Source of the DNA: Acidobacteriota bacterium
GTDB lineage: Bacteria > Acidobacteriota > UBA6911
Assembly: GCA_963664705.1 (NCBI GenBank)
Contig: OY761556.1
Span: 704,001 to 768,000, forward strand
Direction of reading: 5' to 3'
DNA: 64,000 bases
Shown: in pieces, positions 1 to 10,388 of the stretch
Numbering within the stretch: the first letter of the stretch is position 1
Layout: each line of letters begins with the position of its first letter
The notes under the pieces: generated by a model
Told to the model about the DNA's origin: nothing
The model's input: only the letters and a program-made list of their open reading frames with translations
Databases searched by the model: none
Translations under genes and position numbers: made by a program

Positions 1-507
1 CGTTATGCGCGCAACAGCCTGGTCTTCGTAGATGGAATGGGAAGCTACAATTTGCTGTATGCATTTCTTTCCGACCATCCCGTTACGGAGGATAACTGGG
101 TAAATCTTGAAATTCTGGAGGAGTGCAACCGCTGTCATGCGTGTGAACGGACGTGTCCAACGGGATGTATTCAGCGCTGGAAATTCGGGGCCAATGTCGA
201 CAAATGTCTGACGCTCTACAATGAAAACGGCGGCGATTTTCCCAACTGGATCTATGGAAGCATGCATCATGCACTGATGGGCTGTATGAAATGTAAATCG
301 CCGTGCCCCGTGAACGAAGGAATTGCGGAACTTTCGGGTAATCTGGAGGCAGTCTCCGAGGAGGAAACCCGCAAGATTCTCAAAGGGACTCCCGATGACC
401 TGCTTTTGAAATCGTTGCAGCGGAAGTTGCGCCAGTTTCGCGCCGTCACATCTAAGGACCAGTTTCCGATTATGAGCCGCAATCTGAGAGCACTGATTCG
501 AGCGTAA
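1..507 (+). CDS. 5'-truncated epoxyqueuosine reductase (QueG)-like / 4Fe-4S double-cluster protein
   Basis: Frame is open from base 1 (RYARNSLVFVDGMGS...); CNRCHACERTCP and GCMKCKSPCP Fe-S motifs. Confidence 0.65.
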   Translation, partial: RYARNSLVFVDGMGSYNLLYAFLSDHPVTEDNWVNLEILEECNRCHACERTCPTGCIQRWKFGANVDKCLTLYNENGGDFPNWIYGSMHHALMGCMKCKSPCPVNEGIAELSGNLEAVSEEETRKILKGTPDDLLLKSLQRKLRQFRAVTSKDQFPIMSRNLRALIRA

Positions 508-593
508 TGTTGGTGACAAGAGCATCCTGCACGCGATTCGTGGCGTACCTGTATGCCGCGAATCGCGTACGATGATCTGGGGAGATAGGGGCA

Positions 594-2162
594 GTGAATG
601 CGAAGCATTCCGCTTTTTACCGACTGGTTCAACGGGGGCGTATATTAAGCCAGACGGCATTTTTCCTGCTGTTTCTCGGGTTGCTGCTGCAGACTCACTT
701 CTCAAATGAAGACTACATCGGCAATACTGAAGGCTTCTTCCGGTTTGACCCCCTTCTTGCGGTATCAACTCTATTTGCTTCCCGAACATTTGCCCAAAGT
801 ATCGCATTGGCTTTTATTTCGCTCGCGCTGACGGTCCTATTCGGGCGATTTATTTGCGGATGGGTCTGTCCCATGGGCAGCGTTTTGCAGTTTTTCTCGT
901 TCATTTTTAAGAAATCAAAACTACATGTTCCGGCGATTCAACGTAACGGACTCCTGGCTCTCAAATATGCAATTATGATGGTGGTGTTTGTCTCAAGCAT
1001 GTTTGCGCTAGATCTTGCCGGGTTGTTGGATCCGCTGAGCCTGCTCTACAGATCTTTCATTCTGGCTGTTTTGCCCGCGATTGCTGTTGTAAGCGAATCG
1101 GCTATTGCGCTCATGCCCCATCAGGGAATGCGGGAGAGCCTGTCACGAAGCCTTCAGGACCTGGCGATCGGCCATACATTCGATCAGGCTCTGCTGATTG
1201 CAATGATATTTATTTCTTTGTTGCTGCTTAATCTGCTGCGGGAGCGATTCTGGTGCCGATATCTTTGTCCTGCCGGGGCGTTGCTTGGAATTTGTGCGCG
1301 CCGAAATCTTGTACAAATCAAGGTGGATGCAAACAAATGCACAGGATGCAACCTCTGCACTCTTCAATGCCAAACTCAAGCGGAACCCTTTCCGCAAGAG
1401 AAGTGGAAATCTGGAGAATGCATCTATTGCTATACATGTGCATCGGCTTGTCCAACGGCTGCCATCCGATTGCCCGTTGAGTTTGGTTCCAAGGTATCAA
1501 GGCCCATTAGCCTGGGACGCAGACGGTGGGTTCTGTCAGCCGTGTTTGGCTGCTCTATAGTACCGTTCTTTAGGATCTCCGGTTCTTCCACGCGAGCGGG
1601 AGCAAAACTGATCCGCCCGCCGGGCTCCAAGCCCGAAGGACAATTTCTCGGCCTTTGTGTCAAATGCGGGGAGTGTATGAAGGTATGCCCCACGAATGCT
1701 CTTCAACCTGCTTTTGACCAGGCCGGACCCGAAGGTTTATGGACTCCGGTCCTTGTTCCAAGAATGGGCTATTGTGAGTATTACTGCTCTCTCTGCGGTC
1801 AGGTATGCCCAACGGGTGCCATCAAGGAGCTTAAAATCCGAGAGAAAACAAAAATTCGCATCGGCACCGCATGGATCAACAAAAACAGATGTCTCCCCTA
1901 TATTCTTGGAAAAGCCTGCCGCGTGTGCGAGGAAAAATGTCCGACTTCTCCCAAGGCAATTGAGATCGTCGAAACCGAAGTGATGCTCCCTAACGGAACT
2001 TGGGATGCCCAGGATGTTCCTGTGGTAAACCCCGACTCCTGTATTGGTTGCGGTATTTGCGAGACAAAATGCCCTGTAGCGGATGAGCCGGCAATATATT
2101 GTACCAATTTCGGGGAGTCTCGATCGGCCCAATCAGCCGCGACAGGTGATCTTTTTCAATAG
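594..2162 (+). CDS. Membrane polyferredoxin (NapH/MauN-like membrane part fused to NapG/MauM-like 4Fe-4S domains)
   Basis: TM helices, GRFICGWVCP and RFWCRYLCP motifs, RPPG motif, at least six CxxCxxCxxxCP-type motifs. Confidence 0.85.
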   Translation: MNAKHSAFYRLVQRGRILSQTAFFLLFLGLLLQTHFSNEDYIGNTEGFFRFDPLLAVSTLFASRTFAQSIALAFISLALTVLFGRFICGWVCPMGSVLQFFSFIFKKSKLHVPAIQRNGLLALKYAIMMVVFVSSMFALDLAGLLDPLSLLYRSFILAVLPAIAVVSESAIALMPHQGMRESLSRSLQDLAIGHTFDQALLIAMIFISLLLLNLLRERFWCRYLCPAGALLGICARRNLVQIKVDANKCTGCNLCTLQCQTQAEPFPQEKWKSGECIYCYTCASACPTAAIRLPVEFGSKVSRPISLGRRRWVLSAVFGCSIVPFFRISGSSTRAGAKLIRPPGSKPEGQFLGLCVKCGECMKVCPTNALQPAFDQAGPEGLWTPVLVPRMGYCEYYCSLCGQVCPTGAIKELKIREKTKIRIGTAWINKNRCLPYILGKACRVCEEKCPTSPKAIEIVETEVMLPNGTWDAQDVPVVNPDSCIGCGICETKCPVADEPAIYCTNFGESRSAQSAATGDLFQ

Positions 2163-2533
2163 TGCCCTGGAATACCGGTTTGCTATGCTGCCGTTAACTT
2201 TCGTGACGAAACATTTATCGAGAAGCAGCAGTCGGATACGGCAGGATCCCCAATCAAAGCTTTGATAAGCCTATTAGCTCCAGCGGATGTCATGACCGGC
2301 AAGCGCACGCATCTCCAAATACCGCGGATTATCTTCACGGGCACACTTTCCGAGAATCCTACGGCTTGTTCGCTGTGATTCCATGAAGATCTCAAATGAA
2401 TGGTGGCCTATTCCATTGCGCAAATTACGCTCCCTCAAATAGGCAATTTTCACAAGTATCGCCGTTAAGGCATCTTCAATAGAATCATCGAGGCAAACAG
2501 TTCTGAAGACTGTTTCCGTTAATCCGTGGCAAA

Positions 2534-3055
2534 TTGGGAAAAATCATGGGATCTCCAGAAATCTCTTACTACTGCCCATTCTGTTCAGGTGCCGGGGTGT
2601 TGCCTTCGGATTCCAGCTGTATTCATTGTGGCGTAGATTTGCATGACCGATACTTCATCATCCAGGAAGGCTTCACCTTCGGAGTTTCGCACCAGGGTGA
2701 AATTAAGGCTCGGGGCTTGAAACTGGATAAGGCTATCGGTCTTGTTACGATCCTCAATCAAAGCGGCATGGGGAAGATGGGTGTATACCTGAAAGAAGAG
2801 GACAAGTACATTGGACCCTTTCACAGTCACAAGGAGGCGGAAGGGTTTCTGGTGTTGATGGAATTGCACGGAGAGAATTGCTGTGGTATTGAGATTGTGA
2901 ACGCAAGCAACTCGGCAGAGCTGCTTATAAACGCAATTTCGGTTGAGGAGCGTCAGCAATTACTCGGGAAGGTCCGGCCCGGAAGGTCCAAACGACAGCC
3001 AAGACAGCCGCATCGGACGGCTTCTATTCCGCGGAAAGGCCGCAATATCAATTAG
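2534..3055 (+). CDS. Hypothetical protein with N-terminal zinc-ribbon-like motif
   Basis: CPFC...CIHC pairs in a 173-aa ORF; no family recognised. Confidence 0.5.
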   Translation: MGKIMGSPEISYYCPFCSGAGVLPSDSSCIHCGVDLHDRYFIIQEGFTFGVSHQGEIKARGLKLDKAIGLVTILNQSGMGKMGVYLKEEDKYIGPFHSHKEAEGFLVLMELHGENCCGIEIVNASNSAELLINAISVEERQQLLGKVRPGRSKRQPRQPHRTASIPRKGRNIN

Positions 3056-3139
3056 CCCGATCACGAGCTTTGTGCAAGACTTTGGAATCCTTGATTGTCC
3101 CGGCACAGCGGGAATCCTGGCTCTGATGGAATGATCCGA

Positions 3140-3691
3140 TCATGCCTCCCGGGCCATGCGACGGGAATTGTTAAGGACCTGTACGGCGGTTGCTGCGGAT
3201 GATCGACTCGCTTCAGGAACCGGAATGCTGATTTCTTTTTGATGCCTTCCGTGCTTGCGAGGGATGGAAATCACAAACAGCACCTGCGGGCGGGGAGCCT
3301 CAACCAATGTGACGCTCTCGAGCCGGCAGGAATAGGCAGAAAAGGTATATAATTCTCCCTCGGCATAAAGACCGGCCGATCCAATCACTATTTCTCCAAA
3401 CTCATCTTTCAGATTCTGGTCCGGTGGAGAGTCATAGGTCCATCGGGCAAGGATCTCGAACCCGGAACTCATTCGTCTGAGAATTCGAGCCCGGTTAAAC
3501 AGCGACCTGGAGGAAAGCAAGCCGATGATTGCGAACATGCTGCCAAATATGACAATGGCCGGGGCGCCGTCCTGAATGCTAATGCCCAGGAGCCAGGGCA
3601 GGAGGCAAAGCGCAATGCCGACAAGCCCGATTGCCAAAAATATTTTGGCCAGAAGCTTTTGCGATGCATGCTTTTCATCCAGGTTTTTCAT
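3140..3691 (-). CDS. Hypothetical membrane protein (2 TM plus soluble domain)
   Basis: Two hydrophobic segments; ATG preceded by GGAGTAGGA. Confidence 0.65.
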   Translation of the reverse strand: MKNLDEKHASQKLLAKIFLAIGLVGIALCLLPWLLGISIQDGAPAIVIFGSMFAIIGLLSSRSLFNRARILRRMSSGFEILARWTYDSPPDQNLKDEFGEIVIGSAGLYAEGELYTFSAYSCRLESVTLVEAPRPQVLFVISIPRKHGRHQKEISIPVPEASRSSAATAVQVLNNSRRMAREA

Positions 3692-3890
3692 TTCCTACTC
3701 CATTGCTGCCAGAAAGTGGAGGAGATCCAATATCCCGAATTATCATTGGCTTAATCAGAATATTTGATTCTCACGAACCATATTTCGACTCCTTTTTAGC
3801 ACATTTGTTCTCTGGGCCCGGCAAAGAAAGACAAGAATTTCAAAAGTCTTTCAGGTGCGGAGGTGTAATATGCCATGACATCCTTATTGA

Positions 3891-4085
3891 ATGACCCCTA
3901 AACGGAGAACTACAGACATGTTTCAGATTCATGCGATGGAAATCTTTGTTGCCCTTTTGGTGTTGATCCTGAATACGCTTCCGATTGCTCTCTCCATTTG
4001 GGTTCTCTTGACAGTAAGGCGCTTTGAAAGACGGGTGGAAATTAAACTTGCCGAGATCCAGCAATTGCTTCAAAGCAGGAATTGA
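3891..4085 (+). CDS. Small single-TM hypothetical protein (start possibly ATG 3918)
   Basis: GGAG upstream of ATG 3918; hydrophobic segment followed by a short charged tail. Confidence 0.45.
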   Translation: MTPKRRTTDMFQIHAMEIFVALLVLILNTLPIALSIWVLLTVRRFERRVEIKLAEIQQLLQSRN

Positions 4086-4138
4086 AGGGCAGCACTTGCT
4101 CTGAACATGGACAAAATACTATTCCGAAGGGAGAGGAT

Positions 4139-4642
4139 ATGGGATCCCTACTGAACGCTGCAGCAGGAGTCTATTCAGCATGGTGGAAGGATGCCGATTA
4201 TCCGGCCGTTTGCATCCAAGGCCCGAATGGAATTGAGGAATTTTGCTTTGAGATTCTTCCAGCCGTGGATCTCAAAGGAGCTCTTTGCCTAAACTCTCAA
4301 GGACAGCTTGCTGGCTGGGGTGAAGCCACCGGGGATTCTTTCGGATTTTATGCGGTGTATGGTTATGGCGGTGGACGTAAAGAGGGATGGGGGCCCGGAT
4401 TTGGTCCGGATAAAGTTATGCCCGGAGAGATCGCCACTGCCAGTTTTGGCGCCCTGGGTTTTGACAAAAATAGCCCCCTTTCAGCCGATAATTTGCCGTT
4501 GGCGGTTCAGCCCACGCATAATCCCCAGGTTTTGCGCATCGATGAAGATGGCGCTATTCATGGAGTCGTCTGTTATGGCGTGAGCGGCTCCGGTTTGCTC
4601 CGAGCCCAGGCGATTTGGCGGCTTGGTTGTGTTTGCCCCTGA
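4139..4642 (+). CDS. Hypothetical Gly-rich protein
   Basis: GGGAGAGG SD before ATG 4139 inside ORF 4082..4642. Confidence 0.5.
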   Translation: MGSLLNAAAGVYSAWWKDADYPAVCIQGPNGIEEFCFEILPAVDLKGALCLNSQGQLAGWGEATGDSFGFYAVYGYGGGRKEGWGPGFGPDKVMPGEIATASFGALGFDKNSPLSADNLPLAVQPTHNPQVLRIDEDGAIHGVVCYGVSGSGLLRAQAIWRLGCVCP

Positions 4643-4708
4643 AAGCTTCGGCTGACAAGCTGCCGTCTCGTGCCCTCAATCGACAGTCCCGGTACCTGCT
4701 TTTGAAAA

Positions 4709-5437
4709 TCAGGATTCCGCAACGCCATAGGAGACAGATGCCCAATCCGTGTCGTCGCTTTTTGTCCTCATGGTGAATTGATCGATCCTATCCTGCTCCA
4801 AAATAATGAAACCTTCTTTGGTCACTCGGATAAGCCCCCGTTGACGGAATTTTTTCAGCAGTACACCAACCCTGGGACGTGTCGCTCCGATCATAATCGA
4901 CAACTCCTGATGGGAAATGCGTTGAGGAATAAACAGCCTGCCTGATTCCTGCCGGCCCAGCTGGTGTCCAAGGTGAAGGAGAGTTTTCAAAAGAAGGTGT
5001 TCTCCGTCGGCAGTGGTGAGAGCGCCGATAATCTCCAGCTGTTCGGATACCTTTACCGCCAGGTATTGAATCAGGCTCTCCATCATCGAATTACTTTTCA
5101 TGTATCTCACAAATTCGCCAGCCTGAATCCTCTTAATTGAACAGTCCATCATGGCCACTGCCATTTCCAATCGCACGGATTGGCCCGATAAACAAGGCTC
5201 CCCAAAGATATCTCCGGATGTCCTGATTGAGGTCAGGCATTGCTTTCCTTCAGTGGAAGGCAGCAGCAGTTTGACCTGGCCGCCTTCAATGTAGTAGATC
5301 ATTCCATCCTGTTCCCCCGGCGTATAGATGAACTGTGATTTTGCATACTTGAGGGCGCGCCAGCCGGGAGCCTGGCTGCCAAGGGAATTTTTCAGCTGTT
5401 GTTTAAACCTGTCGCACGGAAGCGTGAATTCAACCAT
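4709..5437 (-). CDS. Crp/Fnr family transcriptional regulator
   Basis: cNMP-binding-type domain (G-D-I-F-G-E) and C-terminal HTH ISHQELSIMIGATRPRVG. Confidence 0.9.
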   Translation of the reverse strand: MVEFTLPCDRFKQQLKNSLGSQAPGWRALKYAKSQFIYTPGEQDGMIYYIEGGQVKLLLPSTEGKQCLTSIRTSGDIFGEPCLSGQSVRLEMAVAMMDCSIKRIQAGEFVRYMKSNSMMESLIQYLAVKVSEQLEIIGALTTADGEHLLLKTLLHLGHQLGRQESGRLFIPQRISHQELSIMIGATRPRVGVLLKKFRQRGLIRVTKEGFIILEQDRIDQFTMRTKSDDTDWASVSYGVAES

Positions 5438-5593
5438 GAAATACCCCGTTCGAATGGAAACGGTTGTAATGAAATACCGATTTCATTATTGCCAGGGGGA
5501 CGGAGATAGTTGTCGGCCGAAAGCATGTCAGGATTGGTGCGCGGGTTAACCCGCTCAGTTTGAGGACCATTCAGACATGTCCATGGCTTCCTA

Positions 5594-6226
5594 TTATAAA
5601 ACCTGACCAGTCTGTGGATTGAAGGGCTGCGGAGGACTTCTGGATCCGTATGCGAGGATGTTTGGCTGAGAGTTTTGAATCGGGATGGCGCCCGGTATAT
5701 TTCCGGACGGCTTAAGCTGCAGATCGCCGTTGGCTCGACATGGTGCTGCTGTATATTCGGGTTCAGGCAGAAGATCTCTGTTTTTTGTTTCCCTTTGATT
5801 GGAGTACTGCCCGGAATCGCCCATTGCATCAATCCGACGGATGAGCAAGTCCCCTCTGCTGAAAAGTCCATTGCCATCATTGATCCAGGTTGTAAGCAGA
5901 AACCGGAAGAACAGGTCGGATACAAGCAGATCCTCATCCCCATCGTGATCCGCATCAATGGGAGCAATGATCCCCGCAAAGGTAATCGCGGATGCTCTCA
6001 GCAAAAGTCTGTCCGACGGGCAAACAAAACTGTGTCGCGAGGCAGGATGTGAGATGAATAATGACTGGACCGCCCCTTGGGTCGTTGTGGATGCTAGATT
6101 AACAACGCGACCGCCGCCAAGGTGAGCATGATTGCTGCAGATAAAGCCATAACCATGAGTCACGAAGAAAACTGCGACGAGAAGCGTTTTCAAGGATGAA
6201 AAAATGGCTTTCCTGATGGAGGTCAT
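5594..6226 (-). CDS. Hypothetical exported protein with one FG-GAP/VCBS-like Ca-binding motif
   Basis: N-terminal hydrophobic segment; DADHDGDEDLLV...WINDGNGLF. Confidence 0.5.
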   Translation of the reverse strand: MTSIRKAIFSSLKTLLVAVFFVTHGYGFICSNHAHLGGGRVVNLASTTTQGAVQSLFISHPASRHSFVCPSDRLLLRASAITFAGIIAPIDADHDGDEDLLVSDLFFRFLLTTWINDGNGLFSRGDLLIRRIDAMGDSGQYSNQRETKNRDLLPEPEYTAAPCRANGDLQLKPSGNIPGAIPIQNSQPNILAYGSRSPPQPFNPQTGQVL

Positions 6227-6531
6227 TTTTCTATCTCGCCCGGATGGATATGTCCTCGTGCGTAATCATGCTCGATATATTTGCAGCTCGTTGAATTCAA
6301 AGAGGGAGGGTAGTGCTAAGCTAATATCCTTTGTTTAAAAACTTAGGCAATTCCAAATAGAATATATCAAAGCGATATACATCTTGAACTTATGGTGCCA
6401 GTGAAGCCTGGGCGGTTCAAGAGTCATTAGAGGAAAATAATGGCAAGGCAGGGCTGGTATGTTCGCTCGAATGACAGGCCGTTCGGTGTGCGCTGGACCG
6501 GACCGCCTTACGAGAATAGATGTTGCTTTTT

Positions 6532-8757
6532 CTAGGGGGCCGGCTGCGCCGGAATTGCGGATAGTACCGACAGGCTGTTTGTGCCGAATACTCCAAAACA
6601 GGCTATGCCCTGATCCGCGGTTATTTTTATGTAGCCCGAGAGGCGGCTCTGTCCATTCAACTGGGGAAAGTATTCCGTTAACAGTCGAGATATCCGGTTT
6701 CCTGCTGGAACTGTCAGGGTGAGGCTCTGATCCAGTTGACTAGTAGCCGTATACACCTGGATCGTCACCGTTGCATCTACAGTGTTGGGGTTCAGAATGG
6801 CCAGACCTGTAAAATAAGATGTGTCGGAAGCGAGGTCGCTAAGTATTTCCATTTGCTGCAAGGATGATATCAGAGGGAGTGATGTCAGGAAGATTCCATT
6901 CTGTGCGTCGGAGAACATTTCAATGCCGGAGAGGTGGACTCCGTCTGATGCTATCACTACATATCCGTCTGTAAGCTGAGTTGGCAAGGTACCAAAGAAG
7001 AAGGACGGGTCCGAGATAAAGATCTTCCCGTTGCCTGCGATGGACATTATTTGACGATTCCCCAAAGGAAGTCCGTTTCCCGCAAATAGTGTCAAGGTCA
7101 CTGTTCCAGGGGTTGAGTCCAGGTTCAGGATTGACAGCGAGGAATCATAGGGGCCTCCCACCGCATACTGGGGCGCATATAAAGTGGTAGCTCCCGATGT
7201 CGATGCCTGTCCTGCAACGACCGCAATGTCTTTTGAAGCGTTACCTGTGAATTCATAGGGCACTAATGGCACCGAGGCGGTCAAGCGCAGGTAATCCGAG
7301 GGTGATATTGATGCGGTCGCAAACATATTTCTTGCCAGATCCCCGGTGTATGTTGCAAACGGAGGAATACTTGTCTGGAACGTGCTGCGTATGGTTCCAT
7401 CTGTTTTAACGAGATCAATATCAACGCGGGCTGATGCGCCGTTCGGATTTCCAAGCAGGATATCGGTAAATCCCTGGCTGAGGCTTTCGGGAAAGACAAA
7501 GGAATCGAGCAGACTGGACGACATGGTTGCTCCGTCCATTAGAGTGAAGCCTGTGTCAAAGGTCAGGAAAAAACCGGATACCAGAGGACTGGAGCTATTG
7601 ATGGATGTCCACCCAAGTTGCCAGTCACCGGGAGTTACACTGAAAAGCTGATCTACCAGGATTCCCGACTGAGATCCGGGAACCAGAGTTATGGGATTAC
7701 TGGAGTGAGAGAGTTGATTGCCGGCGCCCGCGAAGGCGGAGAAGCCAATTGTCGCGCTGGATTGATCGAGATTAGTCAGCGCGACACCGGTGTATTGATT
7801 TGAAGTAAACCTCATTTGGGGAAGGTAATAGGTCAATACCGGAGTGGTGAAAGAGAGTTCTGTTGATGTCAGCACGCCGCCGGTGACATCCATCGATTGC
7901 ACGCGATAGACATAGGTTGTATTCGGAGTCAGCCCGCCTAGAGTGATTGAATGGATGGTTGTCAGTGTGGGGTCCTGTACTGTCGTGCTGCCTAATAGAA
8001 ACGAAATGCCATAGTCGACCTGTGAAGAAGACGGTGTGTCCGTGGACCAGGTTATGGTTGCCGATGTGCTTGCCAAAAAGGGAACCGCAATTGCGTTCAA
8101 GGCTGATCCCGCAGAACTCGGAAGAGTCGTGAAAATAGCGTCGCTCGAAACTCCATAACGCCCCGCAGCGTCGATGGACCACACAGAGAAATGATATGTC
8201 GTGTTTGAAGTCAGTTGACTGATCATTACAGAATGGGAAACAACCAGGGCCGGATCGAGTCCCGTCCATGTGCCGGCATTGGCTGTTGTTCCATATTGAA
8301 CTTGTGAGCTTGCCGGCGTGTTGGTCGTCCAGTTTATTATTGCCGATGATTCCGTTATCCCCGAAACGTTTACCCCGCTGACCATGCCCTGGACAATATT
8401 GGGGGAAGTCAGAAAAGTGAAGTCGCCTGCCACATATTGCGTCCCATTGCCTGTAACTGAGATCACCTGGTAATGGTAGGAGGTGTTGGGATCCAGGCCG
8501 CTGATTGTCTGGGAATGCGATGTCACCAGGGTTGAGTCGAGGGTCGTGAGATTTCCATAGCCGGGAGTCTTCCCATAGGCTAATTGCGAGGATGCCGGAA
8601 GCAGCGTTGACCAGTTGATTGTCGCCGATGCAGAGGTGATTCCCGTGGCATTGATGTTATATATGTAGACCGCTGTTCCCGCGGAATATGCGACCTGGGA
8701 TGCACTCAAAAGCAGTGCTGCAGCGATGATAAGCCACTGAATTATTGGCACTCTCAT
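6532..8757 (-). CDS. Secreted protein with three tandem fibronectin type III-like (purple acid phosphatase N-terminal-like) repeats and a beta-rich C-terminal region
   Basis: Signal peptide; three repeats SA(T/I)I(N/T)WxTxxP(A/S)SSQxxYG...HS...L..NTxYxxxVxS. Confidence 0.8.
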   Translation of the reverse strand: MRVPIIQWLIIAAALLLSASQVAYSAGTAVYIYNINATGITSASATINWSTLLPASSQLAYGKTPGYGNLTTLDSTLVTSHSQTISGLDPNTSYHYQVISVTGNGTQYVAGDFTFLTSPNIVQGMVSGVNVSGITESSAIINWTTNTPASSQVQYGTTANAGTWTGLDPALVVSHSVMISQLTSNTTYHFSVWSIDAAGRYGVSSDAIFTTLPSSAGSALNAIAVPFLASTSATITWSTDTPSSSQVDYGISFLLGSTTVQDPTLTTIHSITLGGLTPNTTYVYRVQSMDVTGGVLTSTELSFTTPVLTYYLPQMRFTSNQYTGVALTNLDQSSATIGFSAFAGAGNQLSHSSNPITLVPGSQSGILVDQLFSVTPGDWQLGWTSINSSSPLVSGFFLTFDTGFTLMDGATMSSSLLDSFVFPESLSQGFTDILLGNPNGASARVDIDLVKTDGTIRSTFQTSIPPFATYTGDLARNMFATASISPSDYLRLTASVPLVPYEFTGNASKDIAVVAGQASTSGATTLYAPQYAVGGPYDSSLSILNLDSTPGTVTLTLFAGNGLPLGNRQIMSIAGNGKIFISDPSFFFGTLPTQLTDGYVVIASDGVHLSGIEMFSDAQNGIFLTSLPLISSLQQMEILSDLASDTSYFTGLAILNPNTVDATVTIQVYTATSQLDQSLTLTVPAGNRISRLLTEYFPQLNGQSRLSGYIKITADQGIACFGVFGTNSLSVLSAIPAQPAP

Positions 8758-8996
8758 TTTGTCCTCAATTGGAAAAGTGTTTGCGGCGTCTTTTAAAGGA
8801 TCTGTCTTCTTCGAAAGATAGTCGCGAAACAGGCATCACTTGCGGGGAGGCTTGAATGGTAATTTTCCTATCGATCATTACGGGAATGCTCGAAAATATT
8901 GTGGACCGCCCTAAAATCACGTCCACGGGATAAACAACGCTAAAGAACCAACCCTTTCTCAACGAGGCAACAATGACAGATCTGGAAAAGTTCTTC

Positions 8997-9012
8997 TGTT
9001 CATTATTGAACA
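8997..9012. promoter_or_regulatory. Palindromic operator TGTTCATTATTGAACA, upstream of the FN3-repeat gene
   Basis: One mismatch to the copies at 13484 and 26817; minus-strand TGtCATTGT -10-like element 21 nt downstream. Confidence 0.7.
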
Positions 9013-9044
9013 TCTCTGGCATTTCCGTTATTGGCGGGGAGATT

Positions 9045-9821
9045 CTAGGGGCTGTCTGCCGGTTTAAACCCGCGGGCAAGAAAGTCCCGGATATTTGCCG
9101 CCAGCCTGCCAAAATCCCCGGAAGGAAGTGTTCGGGGGCTGTCTTTTAGCGATGGGAATTGTGTATACAGGTAATTTGTCAAATTCCGAATCTCAACCTT
9201 TCGCAAAATCAGATGATCGAATTCTCCTTGTTCATTTGCCCGGTTGTCATCGACCAGCATGCCCAGCGAGAGATTTATCTGGTTCGCTACAGACCGAAGA
9301 AGAGCCTGGCGCTTTGCCATCAAATCCGCGAACTGTTTTTGAGGTGACGGTCCGTTTATTTTGCGTATGGTCTTTTGCAAATGGATACCAAGCAACTCAT
9401 CGCTCATTTTGCCCAGGGCGTTGTACGAAGAAATGAGATCTCCTGCAATCGCAGCAATGGCAGGATCCTTACTGTGGTTGTAATAGGAAATGACAAAGGA
9501 TGCGCATGTGTTTTCTATGCGCTCTTCGCGCAGACCATTAATGGCTTTGTCCATATCATCCAGGGAGGCTCCGCCGGGTGTCTTGAGCATTCTGGCGTTG
9601 GCCTGTTCCCCCCGTTGCGCCAGCGACAAAGTTTGGATTTCGGCCCTTAGAAATGCATAAGGATTTTCAGGCTCCGCCGGATCCAGCAGATAACAATCTT
9701 CCGGCGGTTTCACAAAAGGCCTGATTCCGGGTCGTTGTTGCGCCCAGGCAGCATAAGGCCAGGGGAGCAGAACAAGGCCGATGAACAACCAAAGAGCTAT
9801 CGTTACACCACCGATTTTCAT
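9045..9821 (-). CDS. Hypothetical exported helical protein
   Basis: GGAGG SD before ATG 9821; signal peptide ending AWA; directly downstream of the FKBP gene. Confidence 0.65.
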   Translation of the reverse strand: MKIGGVTIALWLFIGLVLLPWPYAAWAQQRPGIRPFVKPPEDCYLLDPAEPENPYAFLRAEIQTLSLAQRGEQANARMLKTPGGASLDDMDKAINGLREERIENTCASFVISYYNHSKDPAIAAIAGDLISSYNALGKMSDELLGIHLQKTIRKINGPSPQKQFADLMAKRQALLRSVANQINLSLGMLVDDNRANEQGEFDHLILRKVEIRNLTNYLYTQFPSLKDSPRTLPSGDFGRLAANIRDFLARGFKPADSP

Positions 9822-9872
9822 GCGGGCCTCCATCTGCTCACAACATTGCCGACGTCCGCCATTTGCCATGGA

Positions 9873-10367
9873 TTACTGCAGCGCGATTAGTTCAACGTCA
9901 AATATCAGGGTGGCGTTTCGTGGTATAAGCGGCGGCACTTCGGTCGATCCGTAGGCAAGGTCGGGAGGGATTTTGATCTGTCGCCTTCCTCCTACCTTCA
10001 TTCCTTCGACTCCTTCTTCCCAGCCCGGGATAACTTGACTGGCTCCCAGTGTGAAAACGGGGAGCCGGCCATCGGAATACGAACTGGCAAATTCCCTCCC
10101 GTTTTCTACCCAGGCCTTATACTGGACCATAACCGTATGCCCCCTTCCTGCTGGCATTCCTTCACCTGTCAGGATGTCCCAATAGATTAAACCGGACGCG
10201 GTTTTTACCCCTTCGCCCGTCACTTTGGTCGGTCTTTCAATGTTGATAACGGACTGTTCCTGCGGGTTCAGCTTTCTTCGGAAATATCTCGATGCAGAAT
10301 GCTGCGATTGTGCCGGCAGGTCGGGGGCTGCCAATATCGCCAATACCAGGATCAAAATGCCGCGCAT
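9873..10367 (-). CDS. FKBP-type peptidyl-prolyl cis-trans isomerase, exported
   Basis: TASGLIY, QVIPGWEEG, IPPDLAYG, LIFDVEL motifs; signal peptide. Confidence 0.93.
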   Translation of the reverse strand: MRGILILVLAILAAPDLPAQSQHSASRYFRRKLNPQEQSVINIERPTKVTGEGVKTASGLIYWDILTGEGMPAGRGHTVMVQYKAWVENGREFASSYSDGRLPVFTLGASQVIPGWEEGVEGMKVGGRRQIKIPPDLAYGSTEVPPLIPRNATLIFDVELIALQ

Positions 10368-10388
10368 CCATCCTCCTTCTGGCAGGCG

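Noticed and set aside
6380-6402. TGGCAC sigma54-like -24 element on the minus strand (also near 43510)
   Set aside because: No TTGC -12 element at the required spacing
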